A DNA stretch of 64,000 bases from Balanoglossus misakiensis (Eukaryota; Animalia; Hemichordata). This document shows positions 1-11,053 of this stretch, in pieces. The position numbers and the translations under genes were made by a program. The notes below the pieces were generated by a model that did not search any database, was not told where the DNA came from, and saw only the letters and a program-made list of their open reading frames with translations. Numbering within the stretch: the first letter of the stretch is position 1; the number at the start of each line of letters is the position of its first letter. The stretch is taken from NCBI GenBank assembly GCA_040954595.2, contig CM082592.2, positions 372,001-436,000 of the forward strand. Reading direction: 5' to 3'.

Positions 1-791
1 AGTCAGATTTTCTACGGCATGGCTTGGCTAAAGCCCTGGCACTCTAGAGCAGAAACACGCGTACGGAGACCACGTTGATCTACTCACATTTCCTTCGGCC
101 TGGCACGGCTGATGCCCCGGCACTACATATAGGACACAGACTGGCGTAAGTTAACAACGGTAATCACGTCGGGTTTCCTACGGCCTCGCTCAGCTGAAGC
201 CCCGGCATTCTAGAGCAGAAACATTGCGTACATAGACCACGTTGATCAAGTCAGATTTCCTACGGCCTGGCTCGACTAAAACCCCGGCACACCATGACAG
301 ACACTAGCGTTCGTTAGCAACGGTGATCAAGTCGGATTTCCTTCGGCCTGGCTCTGCAAAAGACCCGACACTCTAGTACAAAGACGTTGGCTAAGTCGGG
401 CAAACCGAAGAGGGAAAGTCACAGCGGGTCAACACTCGACATTTGTTCGGGTAGGACTGCATTATTGCCTGTCAATTTATAGAGAAAGCCCGAATTTAAC
501 CAGGGCGTTTCAAACACCGACGTTAGTTGGGGGCACGGCCTGCAGTACTGCCGGGTAAGCTGACATCGGCGTACCGCATATAATGTAGGGGGGGGGGGGG
601 AAACAGAACGGTTCAATACTACATTTATTAGATATCAGCTAATTTTGGACAATCATCTAAAATCTAAATCATTTTTTCATATTTGGATATCTGATGATGT
701 ATGAAATTTCCATCATATGTAAAAATGGTGCTGATTATAAAAAATGCACTCTGAATGAGCTGATTTAATACAAAATTGCGTTTTATTCGTT
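1..791 (-). repeat. Partial unit of the ~2.05-kb composite satellite in reverse orientation
   Basis: Reverse complement matches the + strand units from 15250 onward (81-bp subrepeats, poly-G at ~587-600 equivalent to the poly-C, AT-rich block). Confidence 0.95.
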
Positions 792-991
792 CGTGGGACT
801 TATATATAACCCAGTTTTGGCGCTTTCGGGCAGCTTTTTGTAAGGAGCTCTGTGGTGTTACTTTGTTGTTGGATTCAGATGGTAATAAACCAGTGTTTTA
901 CCTAGCACTGAATCGTTCGCTTCTTTTCCGACGTCAGTATACTCGAACCCCCTCCCGGGAGTATTGATCACTGCCACGATACTTCCCCACA
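788..991 (+). repeat. 5'-truncated 5' LTR of BEL copy A (TATA-like TATATATAA ~801, AATAAA ~884, ends CCCCACA)
   Basis: Matches the 3' ~204 bp of the 336-bp LTR; joined to satellite through CGTT microhomology. Confidence 0.9.
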
Positions 992-995
992 TTTT

Positions 996-1013
996 TGGTG
1001 CCGAGACCAGGAT
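996..1013 (+). promoter_or_regulatory. Primer-binding site, tRNA-His-like (TGGTGCCGAGACCAGGAT)
   Basis: 4 nt downstream of the LTR CA end; starts TGG; 17/18 match to the complement of the invertebrate tRNA-His 3' end as I recall it (TGGTGCCGTGACCAGGAT). Confidence 0.75.
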
Positions 1014-1024
1014 AACCGAGCAAG

Positions 1025-1591
1025 ATGTCGGAACAAGAACACATCGCGCCACAAGATGGACAACAAGAGGATCAGCCAACAGCGTTGACAAAACTGAAGA
1101 GATCGCGTCGTGGTCAACGCGCACAAGTGACCCGACTGTTCAACCGGGCCGACACCCTCATGAACAATTTCGTAGACGTCGGTACAGACAAGCCGACTAC
1201 ACTCGACACGCTGGAAGGGCTGAACGAACAACTTTCGAACAAGATCCGTCTACTCGCCGACCTCGAGGTGAGAATCCTCGATCTGATTGACGATGAACAC
1301 TTTGACGAAGAAAATGAAACTTCAGGCGACTACCAGGCCGAAATCTTCGAACACAATCATCGCATCGCATCTTTCATCAAGAAAAACAAATCGGAGATGC
1401 GGACAACTACTACTAGTACTGGTAATGTAACGGGAAGCAGCCTCGGCAACGCGACGCCTCGTAAAACAGTAACTCTACCGAAACTCCAGCTGCAAACTTT
1501 CTCAGGCAATGTAATAGAATGGTCGAGTTTCTTCGATGTATTCAAGTCTTCGATACCTTCGGACACTAATTTGGACAACATTCAGAAGTAG
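1025..1591 (+). pseudogene. gag: BEL gag N-terminus (188 aa), truncated by LINE insertion
   Basis: Matches aa 1-188 of the 1874-aa ORF, including the LPKLQLQTFSG..W..F motif (DUF1759-type); stop created at the LINE junction. Confidence 0.9.
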
Positions 1592-1598
1592 TATTAAG

Positions 1599-4523
1599 AT
1601 GGCGCCGTTCTATGGCGACACTTCACGTCGCGCTCTTGTGTTTTTTGCCGTTATCTTCTTTGTACTCATGTCTGATGTCTCAACTCTCCTTGTGTATGAT
1701 CGTGAACAACTTCTGGATATCAAGACTACAGTGGGTGAGCTCAAACTTAAACTGAACTGTCATTTTTGCGACTTTCTATTTTGTACCTCAACTACGGATA
1801 ATGGCCACCAAAGCAAACATGTAGAAGATGAGCCCACGGTTCGTCGCAAACGTAAACGGGGAAGAAGGGGTGGTGCCCTGGCGAAACTTCGGCGACGTTC
1901 TTCGAGACCCCCTCTTCCAGGCATTCACCTAGCAATCGTTCAATCAATCGACAACAAATTGGACGAAATTTTCTGCCGCATCAAAAATCAACGCGATATG
2001 AGAGATTGTTGCGTGTTATGTTTCACAGAAACATGGTTGGATGCTGACACTCCGGACAGTGCTCTCAAACCGGAAGGTTTTTCAATTTATAGAATGGATC
2101 GATCTAAGGACATTACTGGTAAAGCAAAGGGAGGTGGTGTTTGCTTTTTAATCAACAAGTACTGGTGTTCTGATGTAAAGATTATTTCGCAATTTTGTTC
2201 TCCGGATTTAGAGTGCTTGACAATTCTGTGCAGACCCTTCTATTCACCACGCGAATTCACAGGTGTTATCTTGTCATCAGTCTACATACATCCGAATGCA
2301 AATGCTTCAGCTGCCATCAGCGAACTCGCAAGCATAATCACCAGATGTGAAAATACCTACCCGGACGCAGTACCAATAGTCACAGGTGATTTTAACCATA
2401 CAAATCTAAAGAAGGTGTTACCGAAGTTTTTCCAACACGTCACCTGTCCAACTCGGGGTCAGAAGATTCTTGATCATTGTTACTCTACAATAGAAGGTGC
2501 ATACCGCTCTCTGCCTCGTCCTCACTATGGTAAATCAGATCATTCTTCGGTATTTCTGATACCGGCATATAGACAAAAACTGAAGACTGCAAAACCAATA
2601 ACTAGATCTGTCAAGTGCTGGTCCGACAACTCAGTTATGTGTCTACAAGGCTGCCTGGAATCTACTGACTGGTCAGTTTTTAAAGATTCGTCTTCGGATC
2701 TCAATGAATACACCGATGTGGTAACAGATTATGTAAAGTTCTGTATCGATTCGTGCATTCCGACCAAGTTAGTTCGTAGTTATCCCAATCAGAAGCCATG
2801 GTTTAACGGCTATGTTCGCACAAAACTTAAAGCAAAATCCGATGCCTTCAAGGCGAATGATGCTGATAGATATAAACAGTCACGCTATGAACTAAATAAA
2901 GCAATCCAATCATCGAAACGACGTTACCGCGAAAAACTTGAAAACCAGTTCGAAGAAAATGACTCGCGGCGCTTATGGAAAGGACTAGAAGCAGTTACAT
3001 CATACAAAGTTAAAAACAATACGATCGTCGACAGCGATGGTGATCTCCCTGACCGCTTAAACGATTTCTACGCTCGCTTTGACAAAAAGAACTTGGCTCC
3101 CCCGTTACGCATTGATACAGGCAATGACGACGCGCCCTTTACGATCCTCGAATCTGATGTACAGAAATGTTTCTCTCGTGTAAATGTACACAAAGCTGCA
3201 GGTCCGGACAGTATCCCGTCTCGTGCCCTTCGCCTATGCGCTGAGCAGTTGTCGGGTGTATTTACGGACATATTTAATACATCACTCTCTCAGTGTGTGG
3301 TGCCAACTTGCTTCAAGAAATCTACAATAATTCCCGTACCGAAGAAATCTTCAGTCAAGTGCCTGAATGATTATAGACCAGTTGCGCTTACGTCTGTCAT
3401 CATGAAATGCTTCGAACGACTAATCCTTCACCATATCAAGTCTATAGTTCCAAAAACTCTCGATCCATATCAGTTTGCATATCGTTCTAATCGATCTGTC
3501 GAAGATGCCGTAGCTTCTGCACTCCATGCAGTATTATCTCATCTGGATAATCGCAATTGTTATGCTCGTATGCTCTTTGTCGATTTCAGCTCTGCATTTA
3601 ATACAATTATTCCTTCCAAGCTTGTCATAAAGTTAGCTGACCTCAGTATTAGTACTTCCATGTGCAAGTGGATTTTAAATTTTCTTAGTAATAGGCCACA
3701 GATTGTTAAAATTAATAACCATCTTTCTTCGTCAATAGTCCTCAATACAGGAGCTCCTCAGGGATGTGTTTTAAGCCCTTTGTTATACTCTCTTTTTACA
3801 TATGATTGCACTCCTTTGTATGCCAATAATTTTATTGTTAAATTTGCTGATGACACAACTGTCATAGGCTTAATTACTGATAATGATGAGTCTGCATATA
3901 TAAGTGAAACTGTAAATTTAATCAATTGGTGCAATGCAAATAATCTTGAACTCAATGTAAACAAAACCAAGGAAATCATTATAGATTTTAGAAGAGTACA
4001 CTTTACCCATACGCCGATTACCATAAATGGGAGTGCAGTTGAAATCGTCACTGTTTTTAAGTTTCTTGGTGTTTACCTTTCAAATCACTTGTCATGGGAG
4101 GAAAATATAGATCATCTGGTAAAGAAAGCACAGCAGCGTCTCTACTTTCTAAGACGCTTAAAGAAATTTGGTATGAATAGTTCTATTCTGGTAAATTTCT
4201 ATCGTACTGTAATAGAAAGTATTTTAACATATGGCATCCTTATCTGGTTTAATAACATCACTAAGGACGAATTGAATGCTCTTGAACGGGTTATACGGGT
4301 AGCACAAACAATCATTGGGGTAAAATTGCCATCTCTACAATCAATCTATTATTCAAGATCTATTCGCAAAGCTAAGGCTATAATTAATGACTCGAGCCAT
4401 CCTGCTTACAATCTTTTTACGCTGCTACCCTCTGGAAGGCGTTATCGCAGTATGAAAACGAGAACAGCTCGTTTTAACAATAGTTTTTATCCATCGGCAG
4501 TACGTATTTTAAACCAATCTTAA
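1599..4523 (+). CDS. LINE protein: AP endonuclease + reverse transcriptase (974 aa from the ATG inside the element)
   Basis: APE motifs CFTETWL, GGGV, TGDFNH, LDHCY, SDH; RT motifs KAAGPD, YRPVAL, QFAYR, FVDFSSAFNTI, GAPQGCVLSPLL, KFADD, FKFLG. The ORF-track start at 1536 lies in BEL sequence, so ATG 1599 is the element's own start. Confidence 0.92.
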   Translation: MAPFYGDTSRRALVFFAVIFFVLMSDVSTLLVYDREQLLDIKTTVGELKLKLNCHFCDFLFCTSTTDNGHQSKHVEDEPTVRRKRKRGRRGGALAKLRRRSSRPPLPGIHLAIVQSIDNKLDEIFCRIKNQRDMRDCCVLCFTETWLDADTPDSALKPEGFSIYRMDRSKDITGKAKGGGVCFLINKYWCSDVKIISQFCSPDLECLTILCRPFYSPREFTGVILSSVYIHPNANASAAISELASIITRCENTYPDAVPIVTGDFNHTNLKKVLPKFFQHVTCPTRGQKILDHCYSTIEGAYRSLPRPHYGKSDHSSVFLIPAYRQKLKTAKPITRSVKCWSDNSVMCLQGCLESTDWSVFKDSSSDLNEYTDVVTDYVKFCIDSCIPTKLVRSYPNQKPWFNGYVRTKLKAKSDAFKANDADRYKQSRYELNKAIQSSKRRYREKLENQFEENDSRRLWKGLEAVTSYKVKNNTIVDSDGDLPDRLNDFYARFDKKNLAPPLRIDTGNDDAPFTILESDVQKCFSRVNVHKAAGPDSIPSRALRLCAEQLSGVFTDIFNTSLSQCVVPTCFKKSTIIPVPKKSSVKCLNDYRPVALTSVIMKCFERLILHHIKSIVPKTLDPYQFAYRSNRSVEDAVASALHAVLSHLDNRNCYARMLFVDFSSAFNTIIPSKLVIKLADLSISTSMCKWILNFLSNRPQIVKINNHLSSSIVLNTGAPQGCVLSPLLYSLFTYDCTPLYANNFIVKFADDTTVIGLITDNDESAYISETVNLINWCNANNLELNVNKTKEIIIDFRRVHFTHTPITINGSAVEIVTVFKFLGVYLSNHLSWEENIDHLVKKAQQRLYFLRRLKKFGMNSSILVNFYRTVIESILTYGILIWFNNITKDELNALERVIRVAQTIIGVKLPSLQSIYYSRSIRKAKAIINDSSHPAYNLFTLLPSGRRYRSMKTRTARFNNSFYPSAVRILNQS

Positions 4524-4677
4524 TTTTGAGTGACATTGTTTCAAGTTTTCCTTTTATTCTATTTTTTTTTAACATTTTAGTATGTGTAAATTTAACGTGT
4601 GTGTCCTGTTCCTCTTGTCTTTTATGAGCGCATGTGGAAAGGCAATTTCCAATGCTCTATATGCATATGGCAATAAA

Positions 4678-4700
4678 TTATATTATTATTATATTATTAT
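4678..4700 (+). repeat. (TAT/TTA)n microsatellite 3' tail of the LINE
   Basis: ttatattattattatattattat directly after caataaa; BEL gag resumes at 4701. Confidence 0.85.
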
Positions 4701-7700
4701 ATCAACGGATTGCCGCTCACGCACGCGATTGACTTATTGACCGAAAGATACGGACAAACCCATATCATAGTAGATGCTCATATGACCGCGTTGTGGAATC
4801 TACAAAGCCCAACCGCCGACGTACAAAGTTTAAGGCATTTCTACGACTCGATTGAAAATCACGTTCGAGGTCTTCAGTCGCTGGGTTAGGAGGAAACCAC
4901 ATACGGCGAACTTTTGGTTCCAATAATACGGGAGAAATTACCTCCTCACATTCGAGAGCAGATAGCAAGAAAACATGGTAATGCTGCGTGGACATTAGCA
5001 GATCTACGAAAAGCCATTCAACACGAGATAAACGCCCTTCAAGCCGGCAACCGGGTCGACGAGATAACAATGGCCACTACCAGATAACCGGAAATAACCG
5101 CGTTTCACACGAAAACGCAGATGACAGGTAAACAGAAGTTTCGCGCCCCTGTCAAAACGTGCCCGTTCTGCAAAGGGTCACACTTCGCGTCAAATTGCAC
5201 TGTGGTAACTGATACGCGCGAGAGACTGGACATTGTGAAGAAGGACAGACTATGTTTTAATTGCTTTGGAAAACATAGAGTGGCGGAGTGTAAATCAAAA
5301 TACTCCTGCAGAAAGTGTAGGAAACGTCATCACTCTGCGCTACACTACGACGTTCCCACCGCTACAACGACGCCAACCGGAGCGTCGTCCTCGCCATCGC
5401 CATCATCAAGTACTTCTGATGTCAAAGTAACATTGACTAATACCGATACATTTACGGATAAGAAGATAAACACTGGGCCAGTGCTGCTGAAAACTGCGTT
5501 TGTACCACTGTCTGTCGGACGGGGAACCCCCATACATGCCGTCATCCTGTTTGATGAAGGAGCAAATAAGACATTCGTCACTGAGAGATTCGCCCGTCAG
5601 CTGTCCGCGAAAGCTACGCGGCACGAACACATAAAGTTATCGACCTTCGGTGGCAAGGATTCCAAAGTACGCACCATGGGATTCACCGAACTAACTGCTC
5701 ATGAACTGAACGGGAATACTTCAACTATTCACGCGATGATAATTCCAGAGATATCGTCGGACTTAACAAATCACATTTCTCAGGAAGTCCACAATATGAG
5801 CCACCTGAAAGGGCTACCATTCGCACATCCAGTTTCGAGTGATCAGTCGTGGCCAATTGATGTTCTAATCGGAGCCGACCAATATTGGAATTTCGTGGGC
5901 TCACACGTTATTTCTGGCGCGTCCGGCCCCACTGCTGTGTCATCCAAATTTGGATACTTACTCTCCGGACCCCTCGGAACTCCCAAAGTGGATTCTAATG
6001 CGCATATCTTACACATGATTTCTACTGCTGATACCAGTAACGTAGTTTCAGAGAACTCTATCAACGGACTGCATGGAGATCGCGCAACGGACATGTATAC
6101 ACCGATGGATAGTACTGCGATCGGCCGAGAACCACAGGTCCAAAATATGTGGGACCTTGAATTGATCGGTATTCAGGACAATCCAACAGTTGATGAACAG
6201 TTGACGTACGAGTCTTACAGAGACACGCACTTGAGAGTTGACCGAGGAAAATACGTAGCTAAACTACCGTGGAAGGAAGATCACCCTCCACTACCCACCA
6301 ACTACGATGTCGCCATGAAACGCACGCGTAATATGATACGCAGGTTACCCTCTGAACTCATCAAGAAATATGACGACATAATCAATGAACAGAGACGTCG
6401 CGACTTCATCGGAGAGGTTGACGAAGATGACGTGAATATCGGACACTATTTGCCACATCGTCCGGTGGTTAAGAATTCGACCACAACACCCATTCGCATC
6501 GTTTATGATTGCTCTTGTAAGAAGGATTCTAATTATCCAAGTTTGAATGATTGCTTGCAAACTGGACCGTCATTAAAAAATGACCTGCCAGCGATTCTGC
6601 TGAGATTCCGCGCCAATAACATTGCTTTCACAGCTGACATTGAGAAAGCATTCCTGAACATTCGGTTGGAAGAAGACGAGAGGAAATTCACGAAATTTCT
6701 GTGGCTGTCGGACATTAACGACCTAGAAAGTGACTTCATAACTTTCCAGTTTAAGTCTGTCTTGTTTGGAGCAGTCTGTTCCCCATTCATCCTCAATGCG
6801 GTTATCAAGACGCATTTAGAGAACAATAGTCAACTTCCCACCGCTGACAGATTGGGAAATAATATCTATGTGGATAATGTGATCGATGGAGTTGATACTG
6901 CAGAAAACGCCATGAAATACTACCATGAAGCCAATGAGTTGATGACATCAGGCGGATTCAAACTCAGAGCATGGTCTTCCAACTGTCAACAAATAAACGA
7001 ACTCGCTACATGTGACAATCTGAACGAACCCACCGAAGATGTATCCGTTTTGGGAATGCAGTGGTCAACAAAATCTGACGAATTGACTTACTCCAAAGTG
7101 GTTAATATGTCGTCGCGTGCCGAACTCGTGACCAAACGTGACATTGTCAGCTAAGTGGCGATGCTATTTGATCCGTTTGGATTTCTCGCCTCTGTAATGA
7201 TCAAAGCCAAATTGTTCATTCAGTTACTATGGAAACTGGAATTAGACTGGGATGAACCTATCAACGCAGATCTCTACACTCAATGGATGCACATCGCAGA
7301 AGATCTCAAAGACTCGCGAAACACGAAGATCGAACGACAATATTTTGATGAACTTGAAGGCGACAATGAATGCGAGCTACACGCCTTTGCAGACGCAAGC
7401 CAGAGAGCGTATGGGGCAGTAGTGTATTTGAAAAGAGGACAGCAAACGTCGTTTGTGATGGCGAAGACTAGAACCGCACCAGTGGCTGAAACTACACTCC
7501 CGCGACTGGAATTGATGGCTGCGTTAATAGCCACACGTCTCAGCAAGTACGCTAAAGAAGCCCTGTCCTCCAAATATGACATAGTTCGTTGTTATTTATG
7601 GAGTGACAGCCAAATTGTCCTTCACTGGCTGAACAGTGAGAAGAGACTTCCGGTGTTTGTGAAGAATCGAGTAGATGAAATTCGCGAATTTCAGTCCACA

Positions 7701-8853
7701 AAGAAATACTGCCCATCGGAACACAACCCAGCTGATCTTTTAACCAGAGGGGTATCCTACGAAATGATGGAACGCTCTGAACTATGGCGTAATGGACCAA
7801 CATGGCTAAAGACAAGCGATTGGCCTAGTTGCCCAGCGTTTGATGTTAATGTGATGCATACCGCAATCGAACCAGATGAGACGGACAGATTGCCGCCGCG
7901 TTTCGGCAACGGAATCAACGATCAGTCTACCGAGAACGCAGAAATACTCGCTCCCCCCAAAGCCAGACGATGTACAGATCGCGAAAATCTGGAAATTACC
8001 AGTCCCAATGACTACGGAATTCAACACGTTGTTGACATTTCCAGATTCAACAACTTGGATAGGCTATTACGAGTGACAAGTTATGTCCTCAGATTCATCG
8101 CACGAGAGGCCGATTGCTTTGACAAAGAACGCTATTAGGAAAACTCTCGGTCGAGCTTACCTAACCTTTGATGAACTCGCAACAGTTGTGACTGAAATTG
8201 AAGCCGTTTTAAACGACAGGCCGTTAACGTACGTGTCATCCAGTATAAACGACAACATTGGATTGACCCCAAATCACTTGCTACATGGCAGGACACTGAC
8301 CTCATTGCCGTACATCGAGATCACCGACGAAGAGGTGATTGACCCATCTTACTGTGATAATCGTGAAATCAACAAAAGATATGAACATCTATCAAGATTA
8401 CACGATCAATTTTGGCGAAGATGGTCGTCCGAGTATCTGACTGCCCTACGTGAACGACATCCCACCAAAGGAACTCGTGATAATGTCATTAAGGTCGGAG
8501 ATGTCGTGATAATACACAGTGACACTGACAAACGTCCGAAATGGCATTTAGGAACTGTAACAAGGTTGATCTTCGATAAACTGGTACGATCTGCGGAGTT
8601 GAACACCGCAGGTGGTCATACAAACCGACCTATCCATAAATTGTACCCATTGGAAGTTGTCTCCAAGGAGCTGTCAACTGTGTCTGGAGATAATACAGGT
8701 ATTGGAGCAGATTCCAACACGAATACTGAAACAGTCGACACAGCTGGAGCCTCTGAAGATTCCTCGGAGAAGGCGGATGTTGTACCCCCGAGACGACCTG
8801 TCAGAGACTCTGCAGTTGCCGCTCGAGTACGAATAGCGGATCTCTCTATTTGA
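4701..8853 (+). pseudogene. pol: Disrupted BEL gag-pol remainder (zinc knuckles, protease, RT, RNase H, partial integrase)
   Basis: ORF pieces 5121-7154, 7155-8138 and 8083-8853 match the intact polyprotein; premature stops near 4887, 5085 and 7152; ~842-bp deletion at ~8105. Confidence 0.92.
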
Positions 8854-9014
8854 CTTTGAAATTGGAAAACAATTTCGATCGCATTGTGACTGTTATCATG
8901 TTTACTGACACAATGAACATTAGTTTATTATCCTTGAACACTTTAGGTGACTTTAATCATATTTCATGTTATTTGATGTTTTTTTCTGATGATTTTCGAG
9001 ACTTTCCTTTGCGC

Positions 9015-9038
9015 GGGGGAGAATATGGAGAAGTGAGA
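9015..9038 (+). other. Polypurine tract (GGGGGAGAA) plus the first 15 bp of the 3' LTR (TATGGAGAAGTGAGA)
   Basis: Same PPT/LTR junction as 28509-28532 on the minus strand; the LTR is cut off by the inversion junction. Confidence 0.85.
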
Positions 9039-9181
9039 CATTATCACGAGTTCCTTTGGTGGGATGTCGTTCACGTAGGGCAGTCAGATAATCGGACGAC
9101 CATCTTCGCCAAAATTGATCGTGTAATCTTGATAGATGTTCATATCTTTTGTTGATTTCACGATTATCACAGTAAGATGGG

Positions 9182-11053
9182 TCAATCACCTCTTCGTCGG
9201 TGATCTCGATGTACGGCAATGAGGTCAGTGTCCTGCCATGTAGCAAGTGAAACGATGCGAATGGGTGTTGTGGTCGAATTCTTAACCACCGGACGATGTG
9301 GCAAATAGTGTCCGATATTCACGTCATCTTCGTCAACCTCTCCGATGAAGTCGCGACGTCTCTGTTCATTGATTATGTCGTCATATTTCTTGATGAGTTC
9401 AGAGGGTAACCTGCGTATCATATTACGCGTGCGTTTCATGGCGACATCGTAGTTGGTGGGTAGTGGAGGGTGATCTTCCTTCCACGGTAGTTTAGCTACG
9501 TATTTTCCTCGGTCAACTCTCAAGTGCGTGTCTCTGTAAGACTCGTACGTCAACTGTTCATCAACTGTTGGATTGTCCTGAATACCGATCAATTCAAGGT
9601 CCCACATATTTTGGACCTGTGGTTCTCGGCCGATCGCAGTACTATCCATCGGTGTATACATGTCCGTTGCGCGATCTCCATGCAGTCCGTTGATAGAGTT
9701 CTCTGAAACTACGTTACTGGTATCAGCAGTAGAAATCATGTGTAAGATATGCGCATTAGAATCCACTTTGGGAGTTCCGAGGGGTCCGGAGAGTAAGTAT
9801 CCAAATTTGGATGACACAGCAGTGGGGCCGGACGCGCCAGAAATAACGTGTGAGCCCACGAAATTCCAATATTGGTCGGCTCCGATTAGAACATCAATTG
9901 GCCACGACTGATCACTCGAAACTGGATGTGCGAATGGTAGCCCTTTCAGGTGGCTCATATTGTGGACTTCCTGAGAAATGTGATTTGTTAAGTCCGACGA
10001 TATCTCTGGAATTATCATCGCGTGAATAGTTGAAGTATTCCCGTTCAGTTCATGAGCAGTTAGTTCGGTGAATCCCATGGTGCGTACTTTGGAATCCTTG
10101 CCACCGAAGGTCGATAACTTTATGTGTTCGTGCCGCGTAGCTTTCGCGGACAGCTGACGGGCGAATCTCTCAGTGACGAATGTCTTATTTGCTCCTTCAT
10201 CAAACAGGATGACGGCATGTATGGGGGTTCCCCGTCCGACAGACAGTGGTACAAACGCAGTTTTCAGCAGCACTGGCCCAGTGTTTATCTTCTTATCCGT
10301 AAATGTATCGGTATTAGTCAATGTTACTTTGACATCAGAAGTACTTGATGATGGCGATGGCGAGGACGACGCTCCGGTTGGCGTCGTTGTAGCGGTGGGA
10401 ACGTCGTAGTGTAGCGCAGAGTGATGACGTTTCCTACACTTTCTGCAGGAGTATTTTGATCTACACTCCGCCACTCTATGTTTTCCAAAGCAATTAAAAC
10501 ATAGTCTGTCCTTCTTCACAATGTCCAGTCTCTCGCGCGTATCAGTTACCACAGTGCAATTTGACGCGAAGTGTGACCCTTTGCAGAACGGGCACGTTTT
10601 GACAGGGGCGCGAAACTTCTGTTTACCTGTCATCTGCGTTTTCGTGTGAAACGCGGTTATTTCCGGTTATCTGGTAGTGGCCATTGTTATCTCGTCGACC
10701 CGGTTGCCGGCTTGAAGGGCGTTTATCTCGTGTTGAATGGCTTTTCGTAGATCTGCTAATGTCCACGCAGCATTACCATGTTTTCTTGCTATCTGCTCTC
10801 GAATGTTAGGAGGTAATTTCTCCCGTATTATTGGAACCAAAAGTTCGCCGTATGTGGTTTCCTCCTAACCCAGCGACTGAAGACCTCGAACGTGATTTTC
10901 AATCGAGTCGTAGAAATGCCTTAAACTTTGTACGTCGGCGGTTGGGCTTTGTAGATTCCACAACGCGGTCATATGAGCATCTACTATGATATGGGTTTGT
11001 CCGTATCTTTCGGTCAATAAGTCAATCGCGTGCGTGAGCGGCAATCCGTTGAT
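9182..11053 (-). pseudogene. BEL gag C-terminus/protease fragment of copy B
   Basis: ORF 9182-10633 matches 5121-6504 up to TTPIRIV, then runs out of frame into the joined fragment. Confidence 0.88.

Larger units (their letters stand above)
1590..4700 (+). mobile_element. Full-length single-ORF non-LTR retrotransposon, Rex1/Babar-like, nested in BEL gag
   Basis: Absent from the intact BEL copy; starts AGTATTAAGATGGCGCCG; APE+RT ORF; short 3' UTR, AATAAA and (TAT/TTA)n tail. Confidence 0.9.
788..9038 (+). mobile_element. Defective BEL/Pao LTR retrotransposon, copy A (5' LTR truncated, LINE in gag, nonsense mutations, integrase deletion, 15-bp 3' LTR stub)
   Basis: Near-identical to the reverse complement of the intact element at 28188-34690 apart from the listed lesions. 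Confidence 0.95.

Noticed and set aside
1536-1598. ORF-track N-terminal extension as a gag-LINE fusion protein
   Set aside because: It is an out-of-frame reading of BEL gag upstream of the LINE junction; gag itself stops at 1591.
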